Assembly (NCBI RefSeq): GCF_028641065.1
Contig: NC_073397.1
Location: 22,196,001-22,260,000 of the forward strand
Length of the DNA stretch: 64,000 nt
Origin: Leucoraja erinacea
Lineage: Eukaryota
Reading direction: 5' to 3'
Made by a program: the position numbers and the translations under genes. The notes under the pieces are model-generated. The model was given only the letters and a program-made list of their open reading frames with translations. It made no database searches and had not been told where the DNA came from. Shown piece by piece: positions 10,850 through 23,845 of the stretch; position 1 is the stretch's first letter; each line of letters begins with the position of its first letter.

Positions 10850-13130
10850 ATGAAGTCCAATGTCCACATTAAGGTAGGTTGGAGAAGGGACTTCAACCTA
10901 GCTTATGAATGGGCTGTTCAGAAGATTAATAATAGAGGGGTAGAAGCTGGTCTTGTGTCTAGTGGTTCATGTATTCAAACTTCTGTACATTCTGCCTGAC
11001 AGTAGCTGGGAGAAGAAGGAATATCTGGGGTGGGAGAGGTCCTTAATTATGTTGGCTGTTTTCCTGAAGCAGCGCAAAGTGTATATAGATTCAATGGTGG
11101 GGAGCCTGGTCTGTGTGATGGACTTGACTACATCCACAACTCTGCGATTGCTTGCTGTTTTGGGCAGAGCTGTTTCCAAACCAAGCTATGATGCAACCTA
11201 ACAATATGCTTTCCACGGTTCATCTATAAAAGTTAGTTAGAGTCTTTGGAGACATGCTGATTTTCCTTGGTCTCCTGAAGAAGTAGAGATACTGGTGTAA
11301 TTTTTGGCTGTCGCTTCAGTGTTCCAGAGGTGAGTTGAAGACCAGGGAGATTGGATCTGCTGTGAACCTGTTGCAACAGTAGGCAAAAGCAGTGGATCAA
11401 AACTGTCCGGGAGGCAGGAATGAATGTGCACCATCATCTGCCTCTCAAAGCACTTCATGATGGCGAATGTCGAAGCCACTGGACGGTAGTCATTAAGATC
11501 TTGATTTTCTTTGGCATCTGGATTGTCTTAAAGCAGGTGGAGTCATAAGAATGGTGGGTGGTTAAAGATGGCTCTGAATATCTCTGCCACTGGTCCTGAG
11601 GATGAGGCCAGGGACTCCATCTGGATAGTTGCTTACTGTGTATTCACTCTCAAGAAAGTTGATCTTGCAATCTGCCACAGCGATTGTTAGTACAGGCACA
11701 CCCGAGGCTGACGGGGCAGGTGATGTTATCCCGCCAACCTTCTAGGTATGTTACAAAACCTACCTGAATCGCCATTGGGAATCTGCCCTCAGCCATGTCG
11801 GCGATTTTGGCGCTGTTTGGAGGGGGCGGGTTTAAAACGCGATTTTTACTAGGCTGTACTAATCGCAGATGTTCAGCCTAGTAAATCATTAACGAAAAAT
11901 CGCTGCAAGACCCGGTCGCAAAAGGTATTATTAGTTTTATAGGCCTCGATAATATAGTTTTAATAGTTTAAAATTACTCTCTGATTCCGCAACATCTCGC
12001 AGCCCCAGGGTTTTATAAAGCAAACAATTAAAGGTATGTACCTTATTTTTACATTAAATGGGGCATATATATAACCCTATATATCAAGTTATCTATAGCG
12101 AATAGTTCATTTTGGGCTTTTTATATCCCGCAGTATTTTTCTCGGCATTTGAGGGCACTAATCCAGCGCGCTGTCAACATTCTAAACCAGCGCGTTCCAC
12201 ATGAACCCACTAGAAAGCCGATTTAAATGGGCATTTATTTACAGCAATTGAACACTAAATTCCTTCCATTTGGCCTATAAATTAATGTAAATTAGATATA
12301 AAAATCATGTTATATTGTGAATTATTTGTGAATAATCTTTGGACACTTAGGCTATTTAAAAATGTTAATCTTTCCTTAAGAAATGGGCCTTTGATTATCC
12401 AAGATCACAGCTTTTTTGTAATGTCCATTGAAAATCAATAGGGAACAAGATGCTAATTTCCGAGTATGAAAATGGCCATAACTTTTTTAATACTTGAGAT
12501 ATGAAAGTGAATTTGGTGTCAAATTAAACTTATTGTTATGCTTTATCTGATGGGATAAATTGCAGACTTGATTTTTAAAATCTCAAAATTTTGTAACATT
12601 GCTAAACCTTCTGTTCAGAATGAGCATGGAATGCATTGAGCTTATGTTAGGACCCGTTATTTCAGCAATACTGCCCGACTTTGTAACCGTTATAATATGC
12701 AAGCACTCCCACAATCGACGGGGTCCTTGGCATTGCCTCTGGACTCCCAGTTGACATCCTTAATGGATTTAGATAGATTTAGGTTGTAGATAGATTTCTT
12801 GGATCAAGTTAGATTGGGATTGGATAGATTTTGGGATTGTTTGATTTGAATGTTACAGACTTGGACTTCACCTGAAAGTGGGCTTTGCTGTTGATACATG
12901 GAAAATGCCTTTGGTATATATTCCTCTACACGCTGATGAAGTCTGTGTACTCATCGAGGTTTGCTGCAGAGTCCTTGGATATGGACCAGTTCACTGACTC
13001 AAAGTAGTCACACAGAATCTAATCTGTTTCCTCAGAGCACCACTGCTCAACTCTCTGTACTGGATCCTCATGCCTCAGCTTCTGCTTGTTAGCAGGTAGT
13101 AGAAGCGCAGCCAGGTGGCCAAATTTACCG
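10850..13130 (-). mobile_element. Rex1/Babar-like LINE remnant (split by the element at 11743-12604)
   Basis: Minus-strand peptides (DYRP)[24 protein letters not shown] and RVVDVVKSITQTRLPTIESIY..RKTANIIKDLSHP, typical of Rex1 RT and C-terminus; boundaries approximate. Confidence 0.75.
11743..12604. mobile_element. Non-autonomous TIR DNA transposon (hAT-like)
   Basis: Imperfect TIR TAGGTATGTTACAAAA / TTTTGTAACATTGCTA, flanked by the direct repeat AACCTTC(T) at 11736-11742 and 12605-12611; no ORF. Confidence 0.8.
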
Positions 13131-13697
13131 AAGTCTGATCAGGGGAAGTAGCAATATGCATATTTGGTTGTGTAGCAATGTTCAAAGGTGTTTGGGCCTC
13201 TGTTTGGATAGAAAATGTCCAATAAGTCATCCAATGAGATGTATAAATTACTCTGCAGATAAATTTGAAGTTAATTAACATTTTTGTTCTAACCTGTGCC
13301 CCTAAGTATCACCATTGCAATTCAATATTTTCAAGCTCTGAAGCAGATATCTAGGAACATTTCAACATGTGTTTCCCCCGTAAAAAAAATCACCAGGTTA
13401 ACTGTTATATTTTTAGTTGAAAGTTGGTGACGTCTCATAAATTATTTTGTTTTAGCTATATGGAGTTTTGCATATCTCATGACTGTTATTCTTTTTTTTT
13501 TGCCTCCCTGGTGTATGTTGCATTGTATTAAATTTCATATCTTCTTTTGTCCACATGTTAAACTTCATCCATTCATTGTAATACTGGCAAAATGCTGTTG
13601 GGGCACAGCCAACATGCATCAGATGGTACATTAAACTGAAGCCACCCACATCTGGCTTGCACAGGCTGTTGATATTTTTTATTGATTTAAATTGCAG

Positions 13698-13844
13698 GGA
13701 AATCCCAGACTTGGCTCCAACGAAGCAACTGGAGAAAGGCAAGATGAAAGGTTTGATGTGTCTAAAAACAATGCAGCAAATTCAGTGAATATTGAAATAA
13801 AGGTGGAAGAAGCTCAAGAGGAAGAATTTGACTCTGTGTTCAAG
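13698..13844 (+). CDS. sowah: Sowah gene coding exon (first exon seen; start codon not found in window): GNPRLGSNEATGERQDERFDVSKNNAANSVNIEIKVEEAQEEEFDSVFK
   Basis: ttgcag acceptor, 147 nt open in phase 0, AAG|gtattc donor; joins in frame to 22143. Low-conservation acidic linker, so less certain than the ankyrin exons. Confidence 0.7.
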
Positions 13845-16800
13845 GTATTCTTATAAATCTATGTCCCTCCAATAATTGGGGAAGTTAGAAATCATCCTGA
13901 GGGAATAATGTACTTCATACAAAAATGTAAAGGCTATTTGATAATGTAGAGTTCAACTTGCCAAAAAATGCTAAAACTGGGGGAAAGTATGTACCCGAAT
14001 TACAAGTAGTATGAATTGCCATTAAAAGTTTAGCAAAAAAAGAATAGTAAATTGAAACATAATTTAAGGATGACTTTCCAAATGTATATTTTACATCCAT
14101 TGTATATTGTATTCATTGTATATTTTGTTCATATTTCATTTAGATTGTATATTTCTGGACTACATATTACATGATAGAGAATGGCGACTGTTTTGGGGAG
14201 AGAAGAGATAGGCAGTAAAAGAAAGGTGTTACAATGTTGAAGGTAGTGTTGCGGACAAAGAAACATTCTGTTGACCCTTAATGTTTCTTGAATTTCCCCA
14301 CTATTTGTTTTTGCAGCTGTGGTATGATGGAAAGCAGGTGCCTTCTAGCTGAGTTGCAAAGAATAGCCAAAGATTGTCTTATTGTGAAGTAGATTTAAAT
14401 TGTCATTTTTGAACTGCACTATAAAAGTGACTGGTTAAAGATAGCATCAAGTTCATTATCATCACGGAAGAATATAAATGATTTGGGAAAGATCACAGAA
14501 AAAGTTTTAAATTGGAGTAGGTTTTGAAGAGAAAAACAATTTGTTTGAATTGACAAATTGTATGGTGATGCTGTTTTTCATAAGGATCAGTGGATACACA
14601 TTTCAAAACTGGATCATGGAAACTACTTCAATTTGGTAAAGAATCTGTAATAGTCAAACATTAAATGAAATTGTATAAAATTGCAGCGAATTAGAAGGAA
14701 TGATAATTGCTTCAGGATTTAGCATTTTGGCAGAGGTTTGTTTATGTAGCCCAGAATAATTTCAGATCTGACCACTTTTTTTTCAAAGGTAAGTTATGCT
14801 TGACTGCGGGTCAGAATTATAACATTTGAAGCAAAGTCAATTCTGTCTGATAAAACTGACATGGAAATTGCCATTTATTACAACATAGTTTCAAAGCTAA
14901 TTGCAATCAGATTGTTTTACCTTTGTTACACTATTACAGATACTACTGTATGGAACAACTTAACTATCTCACTTGTCAGAAAGACTAATAGGACAACTAA
15001 TTTTATTTATAAATGTTAATTATTCATTCCTCACCATAAAAGTCTTCCAATTTCTACCATCTGGTTATTTTTGTAATTAACATAAGTTCTCCATGCTTTG
15101 TGAAAATTGCAGTAGTGCGGGTGGGGTGTGGAGAGCCCCTGAATTTCATGAATTGTAATTGTATTTTTGCTTGAACAGTTCCCAGGTTGTAGAAAGCAGA
15201 TAATGCTGAGTTATGGCTTGTTGATGTGAAAATGGTAATTTGTCATTGTCATTCACTATTACTCGTGATAGTTTTTTTTGTTTCATAATTCTCAAAGTAT
15301 ACTGTGAGTTGAACACCACCATTGGTGCCACGATCAATAGTCTATGACATAATGTTGCTCCACACTTTTCAAAATCTGCAATCATTGTATAAAACCTGTA
15401 TATCCCCACCAGATTTGAAGGTTAATCCTTACTGAAGTACGTTTTTTCAAGTGCCTTTTTCCCTCCTCGATCTTGCCAAAATGACCTGTTATTTTGTGAA
15501 CTCAGATAATAAATCTCTACAGCTATGGAGATGGTGACAAGTGGACCTAGTCATGTTTGATACAGATATTCTTTTCTCTAGTTATTCAATGATTACATCT
15601 AGCCAAACAGCACATTTGGAGGTATCTGTCCATTCCAGTTTTAAGGTAGAGCAGTGTTGTTCTTGTGATGGAGAAGACATTGGATTTGAAGCTTGGCATG
15701 GAGTCAAATGTGACATGGTTGTACATAGTCTGCTGCAATCAGAGACTGTGATCAGGGAGCAGAATAGGATTAATGCTAATGAGCAGAATTTATTGTAAGG
15801 GCCCATTATTTGCCTACCCCTAGATGTTTAACTGAGTAAAATTCAGGACTATGATTGTGCGGCAATGAGACAACATGTGAATTGGAGACATATTTGAACT
15901 TGTTGACATTATTAGAAAACATAGGGGACCCGATGTCATATCTTTGGATAACATTGCCAAGGATCAAAGAAGAGGAGAGCAAAATAATTCAACATAAAAG
16001 TTTCAGACACCTGCAGAATACCTGGCTTCTATTTGATTGCCAGGCCATACATCACCTCTGTCTGAAAATAAAGTTAGGGGTATAGTTAGGGGTTCTAATT
16101 GGGGCATCTTCTGTTTGTAAACTTTCCATGTTTTTACATGACCCATCTTACCCCACTATTTCTGTTATTTGTGCTTTCTCTGACTCTGGACCAGCTCTAT
16201 CAGTCATATAACCTGTAGTTTAACAGAAGAAGATGATTAAATCACTACCTTCTCTCATTTATTCTTCTTCATCATTTTGTTCTTTTCTTATTTCATTGTA
16301 ATTCTGTGTTCCTGACAGAGTTCACCTGCAAGTATTAACATTTGCTCTAACAAAGGTGACATCTTTTAATTTTTAAGATTTTGTTTATTTTCAACAAACA
16401 TTTTTCAAAGAGGTTGGGTTATTTTTATACTTCATCCTGCCTGATGAACCACTCAGGGTTGAGTTAGTTACATTTCATGACAAATGAGGACTATATGACA
16501 CAAAAATATCATACCTCAATTCTGAGGAAAAGCTAGCAATGCATTGGCGTTATTACTGTGGTGATTAGAATTTCAGCTCTGAAGTTGGGCACTACACTGG
16601 GAAGTGCTGTTTTGGCGTCATTTTCTGAAGCATTGAGAGTTAAATACAATGCTGATCATCATATGCAATGTTCATGAAAAGTTAATTCCTAAGTTAGTAT
16701 GAGAAGTTTTAAAAATATTCAGTCTACAGTAGGTGGAAGTTTCCTCTTAGTGATTTTTCCCAAAGGAGCATAATATATTAACGACTGATTTACAGTATGT

Positions 16801-18259
16801 GTACTTTGGCTGTAAAGCTAATGTACAAATCTAGCATTGATACCAATCATAGCATTCTACTTGAATTTAAAAGATATACTAAGTTCCTTTCATAAAATTA
16901 CTTTAATTTGGCAGTTCACAAAATAGAACTACAAAACGAAGGAAAAAAAAATTGTACTTAAATAACCAGATATTTTGAGTGACAGTTAATAATGGATATT
17001 AAACCTACTTTCTTTTCACTTGCAAAGGAGTTATAAAACTCGTAAAAATTAATCTGCATTGCATATGGGTAAATAGGTGGGCATCATTGAGCCTGTATGA
17101 AGAATAACACAGCCATTTTGATAATTTCTTGAGTAATTTATATTTAACGTTTTTGATGGAAGAGTTTAATAATGTGATGTTTAGTGATAACTTTAGGAAA
17201 GTCCCAGCAACAGCAACAATAACTTGTACTTACTTGACACAATTAATGTATAATTATAATTTCTAAACATAATTTAGATGATTTAGAATTATGTTTGTGA
17301 AAATGCTTAATCTTTGATATATGATTTTGAGTTTACTTTTTAAATTTATGATATTTTCCCATTTTTAATTTCCCCCAGAATAGGGTTATTGATGCATGGA
17401 GTACTAAATACAAGGTTACAAAATAATGCAAGTCTTTGGCATTTGGTAATCTGATGTTTTCAGTTTGTACAGTAGTATTGTGGTTTAGCAGCAAGATTTT
17501 TGGATCATGCTCCAGCCTAGTTTAAATTACATCATAAGTTGGGGATTTTAAATGTAAGTAATTACATTTTTTAAATCTGGAATTGGTTTTAGAATTACAC
17601 TACAAGATTGTTGTGAAAATCCAGAGAATGTGCCATCATTAATCTGTCCTGTGTGCGATAAGTGACACCAATGTGGCTGATTTACAGCTACCTATGTATG
17701 ATTCAGTGGCAATTAGGGATGGGGAATAAATGCTGGCATTGTGGGTGAAATTTGCATCCCTGAGGCAAGCGATTACAGTATATCATAAAGTATCCCTTGC
17801 TAAATCTATTTTTGTAATGTTCTATTACTGCTTTATCTATTAAAAGAGGCAAAGTGTTTTAATGGAGCAAAATTACAGTGTCATGATGAGTAATGAAAAT
17901 ATCCTTGGCCTTCGCAAAAACAAGGTACAGCTTTTTAAAGTCTTAACATTTTTTGATTGGGTGGCTAGAAAAGGACAGAATTTCTCCGCGAACAGCTTGC
18001 AGACATGCATTTACTTGCTTATGAAATAAGTCACTTGAAAAGAGCAAAAAATTGCTTGCACTGTGAAACTATGTTCCAGCAATGTGGCAGAGTGAAAGGA
18101 GGCAGAAAGAAGGGAATGAGTGATTTCAATTCTTAAAGAATGTTGTTCAGTCCTAAATATTTACAATTAAATACAATTTACTAATCTAACATTTTAGAAT
18201 GTTTCTCTAATTCATTTCACACTCTTTTGGTAAATGTACAAAAATAAATTCAGTTTTAT

Positions 18260-19060
18260 CTGGCAAGCCCATAGTACCCTGAAAGTGTCATCAAAAGTAG
18301 ATAGGGTGGTCAAGAAGGTTATTAGTACATTGGCTTTCATTAATCAGGATATTGAATATAGAAGCTGTAGAAGACTTTGGTGATGCCACATTTGGAATAT
18401 TGCATTTAGTTTTGGTTGCCCTGCTATAAGAAGGATGTCATAAGCTGGAAAGAGTGCAGAGAAGATATACTAGAATGTTGTCAGAACTAGATGGGCTGAA
18501 CTATAGGGAGAGTTTTGACAGTGCCAGAGCAGGAGTTCAGTCATGACCTTGGGTGCTGTCTGTGTGGAGTGTGCACATTCTCCCCATGACTATGTGGGTT
18601 TCCTCTGGGATGCTCTGGTTTCCTCCCACATCACAAAGACATGCAGGTTTGTAGGTTAATAAATTGCCCCGAACGTGTAAGGAGTGGATGGGAAAGTGGG
18701 ATAACAGACCGAGTGTAAATGGTAGTTCGATGGTTGTTGTGGCCGCGGGCCTGTTTACATGCTGTATCTCCAAACTAAACTAAACTAAACCAGACGACAT
18801 AGATTTAAGGTGAAAGGGGAAGGAGAACCTGAGAAGCAGCTTTTTCACTTGGGGTGGTAGGTATATGGAACGAGCTGCCAGAGAAGGTGGTTGAGAAAGG
18901 TACCATTAAGGCAGTGAAAATACATGGATGGATATATGGATCGGAAAAGAGTAGAGGGAGAAGGACCAAAGGTAGGCATCGGGACCAGCTTAGATAGGGC
19001 ATCTTGGTCGGCAAGAACGAGTTGGGCCAAGGGGTCTGTTTCCGTGCTGTATGGCTCTGT
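18260..19060 (+). mobile_element. CR1 LINE 3' remnant interrupted by a V/HE1-type SINE (~18534-18790)
   Basis: CR1 3' motifs (ccacatttggaatattgc..ctggaaagagtgcagagaag); SINE core gtgggtttcctc..gtttcctcccaca with a (CTAAA)n tail. Confidence 0.7.
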
Positions 19061-20109
19061 GATTCAACAGAGGTTAGTAAACTACAAAAGGAATAATTTT
19101 GTGCTTTTCATTGCACTGTAATTTACTATCCAACCCATAAATGAATAATCCCAAATATTAATGGATTGATAGTAACAATTTATTGTTTGAAAATGTAATC
19201 CAAACTCTACTTCCATATGATTCGATCTTTATAGTCGGCAAAAGCCAGTACTGAACACATTTTTGAATTTTAACTTTTAATAACCACATTTTTATTAAGC
19301 TGTTTAAAATATGTGTGAATTTTGTGTGGATTATTTCATGACAGCTTTTAGAGAGGTTTTCATTGAATATATAATATTCCTGTAATTTAAGAGTAAACCT
19401 TTTAAGAGGTCTTTGAATATGAATTTAAACTATAGAGCCTTGTAATTTGAAAGGGAAAGAAAAACTATTAAAGTATTCTGAATTTTTCATTTTTTCTTTC
19501 ATCATATTTGCTTATTCAGTCCAACAAACCTGTGATGGCACTAGGAGTGATGCGATTCCCCCACTTAATTTGCTGCACACTGTTGTCTTACACATGCCCT
19601 CAAACAACTCCTGATTCTTCCATCTCCTAACAATTCACAGTAGCAAAGTTTCATAATAATCCCAGCATGTGTTTGAGAAACAGAATAAAAGTGACACATC
19701 TGGTGGAAACCCAGGCAATCATGGGTGGAATGTGCAAGTCCATGCAGACAGCACCTCTGGTCACGATCAATTGCAAATCCCTGAAGTTGTGAGGCAATAG
19801 TACCAACTGCTGACACTGTGCCACCTCCGAGTAATGTCAATTCCCATCTGACACGTAAATCACATCATTGGAATTGGTGTGATTTGCATCTGGAAGTGGC
19901 TCACTAAATTATTGAAGAGGCACAAATTGCTTTGCAAATACTGTTAATAGAGTTTCACATGTATTGGTAATGAATAAAATTATGTTGCACACTTGAATTT
20001 TTAGATCATTTTGTTTTAAAGCTGGACATGCCTAATATTGATTGTATTGGACATAATTTGAAGGAGAAAAGTAATATTGAAAATTAATCATTTGTAATGT
20101 GTAACCTGC

Positions 20110-22110
20110 AAGCAGCCAGAAGTCATTATGCACATTGGCACAAATGACATGGGTAGGAAAAGGGATGAGATCCTGCAAAGTGAAAATAAGGAGTTCGGTG
20201 AAGATTAAAAAAAAATAGAATCCTGAGAATAGTAATGTGGATTATTCCTGCTGCCACGTGCTAGTGAGGGTAGAGATAGGATAGTCGGACAGATGAATAT
20301 GCCAGGAGTTGGTGCGGGGGGGGGGGCAGGTATTCAGACTTTTAGATTATTGGGATCTCTTCTGGGGCAGGTATACCTAAGAGATACTAGACTAAGGTGG
20401 GACCCGTCGGGGCGTTACCTTCATGGTGACTGCCGGGCGAGAAGACCAATCTGCTGAGCTCACGATTTTTTAAACCTTCATAACTTTTGTAATCTTCCAC
20501 CGATCGGAACAAAACTTGGTGGCTTGGAGCAGAGGAGAATGGTGTGCAAGGTGGTGAGTAATCCTACAGATATAGGGTAGCGTTTTTGCGCAAATTTAAA
20601 TATAATGCAGACCGGAAGTGGTCAAGATGAGAGTTTTGGTAATAGTATAGATAGATGTTGCATCTGAACTGAAGGGGATCCAGTATCGTTCAAGGGAGAT
20701 TTGCTCATGCCACTCAGAAACGTTTAAACTAGAGAAGCATGGGGTGGTAACCAGAGTAGTTGGTCTGAATTTGAAAGGATTATGAGAAGGTAGACATCAG
20801 GACTAGTAAGTCTCAAAAGAAGGATAAGCACAGAGAGGTGAAGGAATAGGGTGACACTGATGGGCTGAAGTAAGTTTATTTGAATGTGCATATTGTGGCG
20901 AAAGTATATGAACTTGGAGCCTGGCTGATGGTTGGAACTATAATGTTGTGGCAATTATGAAAATGTGCTTGCAGTAGGGACATAACTGGCAGTTCGATGT
21001 TCCGGGGTTTTGATGTTTCAAATGTGATTGGGACAGGCAAAGGAGGAGGAGGAGTTGCATTACTGATTGGGTAGACACGGCGGCTCTCAGATAATATAGA
21101 GGAGGGTTCGGCCACTGAGGCAGCATGGTTAGAAATAAGAGCGTAGGCACACTCATGGGATTGTACTATTGAACCCCCCAATAGTAAGTAGGAGATAGAG
21201 GAACAGATATGTAGACAGATTACCGAAAGATGCCGAATCAACAGGGTTGTCTCAGTGGGTGACTTTTAACTTTCCCTGTATTGCCTGGGGCTTGCTCATG
21301 GCAAAGGCTTCGACGAGGTAGAATTTGTGAGGTATAACCAAGAGGGTTTCCTGAAATAATATGTGGATAATCCAACCTGAAAAGGGACCATACTGGACCA
21401 GGTGTTGGGAAATGAGCCTGGCCAGGCAACTGGTGTTTCGTTGGAAATTCATTTTGGGCATAGTGATTACGTTTTAAGATCGTCTTGATTAGAGAGAAGA
21501 CAGGACCTTGAAGGAAGGTGCTAAATTAAAGCAAGGAAAATATATATGATGTGTTTGCATTTGTGGATCGGGGCTTGCTTCAATATTCTCAGGAAGTCAA
21601 AATACCGCTTTATTGGACTTTGGTTAGACCACATTTGGAGTATTATGTGCAGTTCCCGTTGCCTAATTACAGGAAGGATATGGAGGCTTTGGAAAGGGTG
21701 CAGAAGAGGTTTACCAGAATGATGCATGGATTGAAGGGTATTAGCTATTGGAAGAGGTTGTACAGATTGGGATTTTTTCCTCTGCATTGCCTAAGATTGC
21801 AAGAAGACCTGATAGTAGTATATAAAATTGTGACCAGCATAGATAAGATAGATGGTCAGAATCTTTTTCCCAGGATGGAAAAAACAAATACTAAAGGGCA
21901 CAGCTTAAAGGTCGAGCAAGTTTTATTACACAGAGGGTGGCCGGTACCTATAACATGCTGTTGGGGGTGATATAGTCTGATATGATGGTGGTATCTAAGA
22001 GACTTTTGGATGGGAACGTAGATTTACAAGGAATGGTTTACATGCAGGCAGATAAGTGATGGTCATGTCATCGTGGGCGGAAGGGCCTGTTGCTGAACTG
22101 TTCTATGCTT
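20110..22110 (+). mobile_element. Degenerate CR1 LINE (ORF1 esterase-like remnant, APE remnant, RT C-terminus, 3' UTR)
   Basis: HIGTNDMGR-like remnant at ~20130; ORF 21551-21970 LYWTLVRPHLEYYVQF..LERVQKRFTRM. Confidence 0.8.
20387..20651 (-). mobile_element. Non-autonomous Helitron (~265 bp)
   Basis: On the minus strand: A|TCTATACTATT.. 5' end, GC hairpin CCCGACGGG about 12 nt before the terminal CTAG|T; inserted in an AT dinucleotide with no TSD. Confidence 0.75.
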
Positions 22111-22142
22111 TTGTCCATGAAGTATTATGTTTTGTTTTTCAG

Positions 22143-22205
22143 GAGGAACTGGAACAAATTGTATTTGAGGATGGCAGCGGAAGCATGGGATCACCATCTG
22201 TTGCG
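22143..22205 (+). CDS. sowah: Sowah coding exon: EELEQIVFEDGSGSMGSPSVA
   Basis: tgtttttcag acceptor, GCG|gtaagt donor, 63 nt phase 0; ..SVA joins LDPLEKEW to give the SOWAH 'V.LD..E.EW' motif. Confidence 0.9.
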
Positions 22206-23159
22206 GTAAGTATTGAATTTTATACGACATTAGTAATGCTTTTCACTTGAATTCTTTTGCATAATTTTATTTGTCACTGACTTGTATTTTTAGATTTAAA
22301 TCAGAAAACTAAAACTTGTATAACGTAACACGAACAAAATAATATTTGTAGATTAAATTAATGTTAGAATAAGAAGCGCCAAAATATGGCGCCTCCTGCA
22401 AGCAGGATCAACGGACTATTACTGTACAATTTGCTGATTGGGGATATGCTTGGGTATGGCAAATAATACTCTACTAGACTGTTTGTGAGAAAATAATTTC
22501 ACTGTGCATTTGCACTTTGCACATGTGACAATAACACCACCACCAAATAAAAGTTGACGATTTCAAATTGTTGAAAACTTTATAAATTTGATTTTTTTTA
22601 ATTGCAGTTTACTCATCTAGCTTTTATACACTTTCTGTTGAAAGTTTATGGAACAACCAAGGTGCTGAAATGCACAAGAATCCACTCCAATAATTGGAAA
22701 CTAATATCACTGCTCAGTCAGGCTCAAAACAGTAAATGTTGTTGAGGCACCAATTAAGGACTGCTCACTTTTTATATGAGATTTTTATCAGTTGTCATGA
22801 AGTATCAAAATAGGTTAAGTTGTGAAGTGTAAACTGAAATATTCTTAGATTGTTTACCTATGAATGCAAATGGGTGCTTCTCATGATTTTGACTTGCTTC
22901 TCAGGGGATTAAAGGCCATCCTGCTGTATCAAATGACATCTGCTATTAGTTTGGTTCATTGCTACAACATTTAGTGCCTACAAAACTATTGCAAATATGA
23001 ACTGATAATTCTACAGTCATGGTAATAGGTATTTGGGTCCCAAATGAGAAGATGAACTTGTAGGATGTCTCTTTAATTGACTAAAAAGATTGACAAATAA
23101 ACACAGACTGTTGATCTACAAGTTGAAATAAAGAAAATACATTCAGTGTTAAAGCTTTA

Positions 23160-23845
23160 AGGGCCTGTCCCACTTACGTGTCCTTGGCACACAAATTACG
23201 CGACCTCGTGGTCGCGTTGAGACGCACGGGCATCTATGGCCGTGCGGGGCCAGTCCCACTTAGAAGAGTGGAGGGATATTGAGTTGTGCACGATATCGCG
23301 CGGGGCTCCGAACTTTTTGTAGTGAACGAAATCTTCGTGCGCCAATGCCCTGTCATGGAACTGACAGCCAAAGTGGGACAGGCCCAAGACCCTGGTGCGA
23401 CGCAACGTCTCACCTTCAACAGCAGCAGAAGCAGGCACACGATCGCCAAACTCGGCCAGGGGCTCACGGCTGATACGGATCCGTCCCCACTCCTACTCCC
23501 AGAGCGGGGCCAAGAAAATTGAAGATAGACACAAAATGCTGGAGTAACTCAGCAGGACCGGCAGCATCTCTGGAGAGAAGGAATGGGTGATGTTTCCGGT
23601 CAAGACCCTTTTCATACTGAAGAAGAGTCTCGACATGAAACGCCATCCATTGCTTCTCTCCAGAGATGCTGCCGGTCCCGCTGAGTTACTCCAGCTTTGT
23701 GTCCATCTTCAAATGACGTCACACGCTCCAGACGGCTGTGCGTACACATGTAATCGCACCCGACCTTCGCAGGACCGTCTCGGCTCAACGTGACCATGAG
23801 GTCGCGTAATTTGCGTGCCATGGACACGTAAGTGGGACAGGCCCT
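23160..23845. mobile_element. PIF/Harbinger-type MITE carrying an inverted pair of Penelope-tail repeats
   Basis: About 60-bp TIR AGGGCCTGTCCCACTTACGTGTCC..; TSD TTA at 23157-23159 and 23846-23848; internal palindrome ~23518-23712. Confidence 0.85.
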
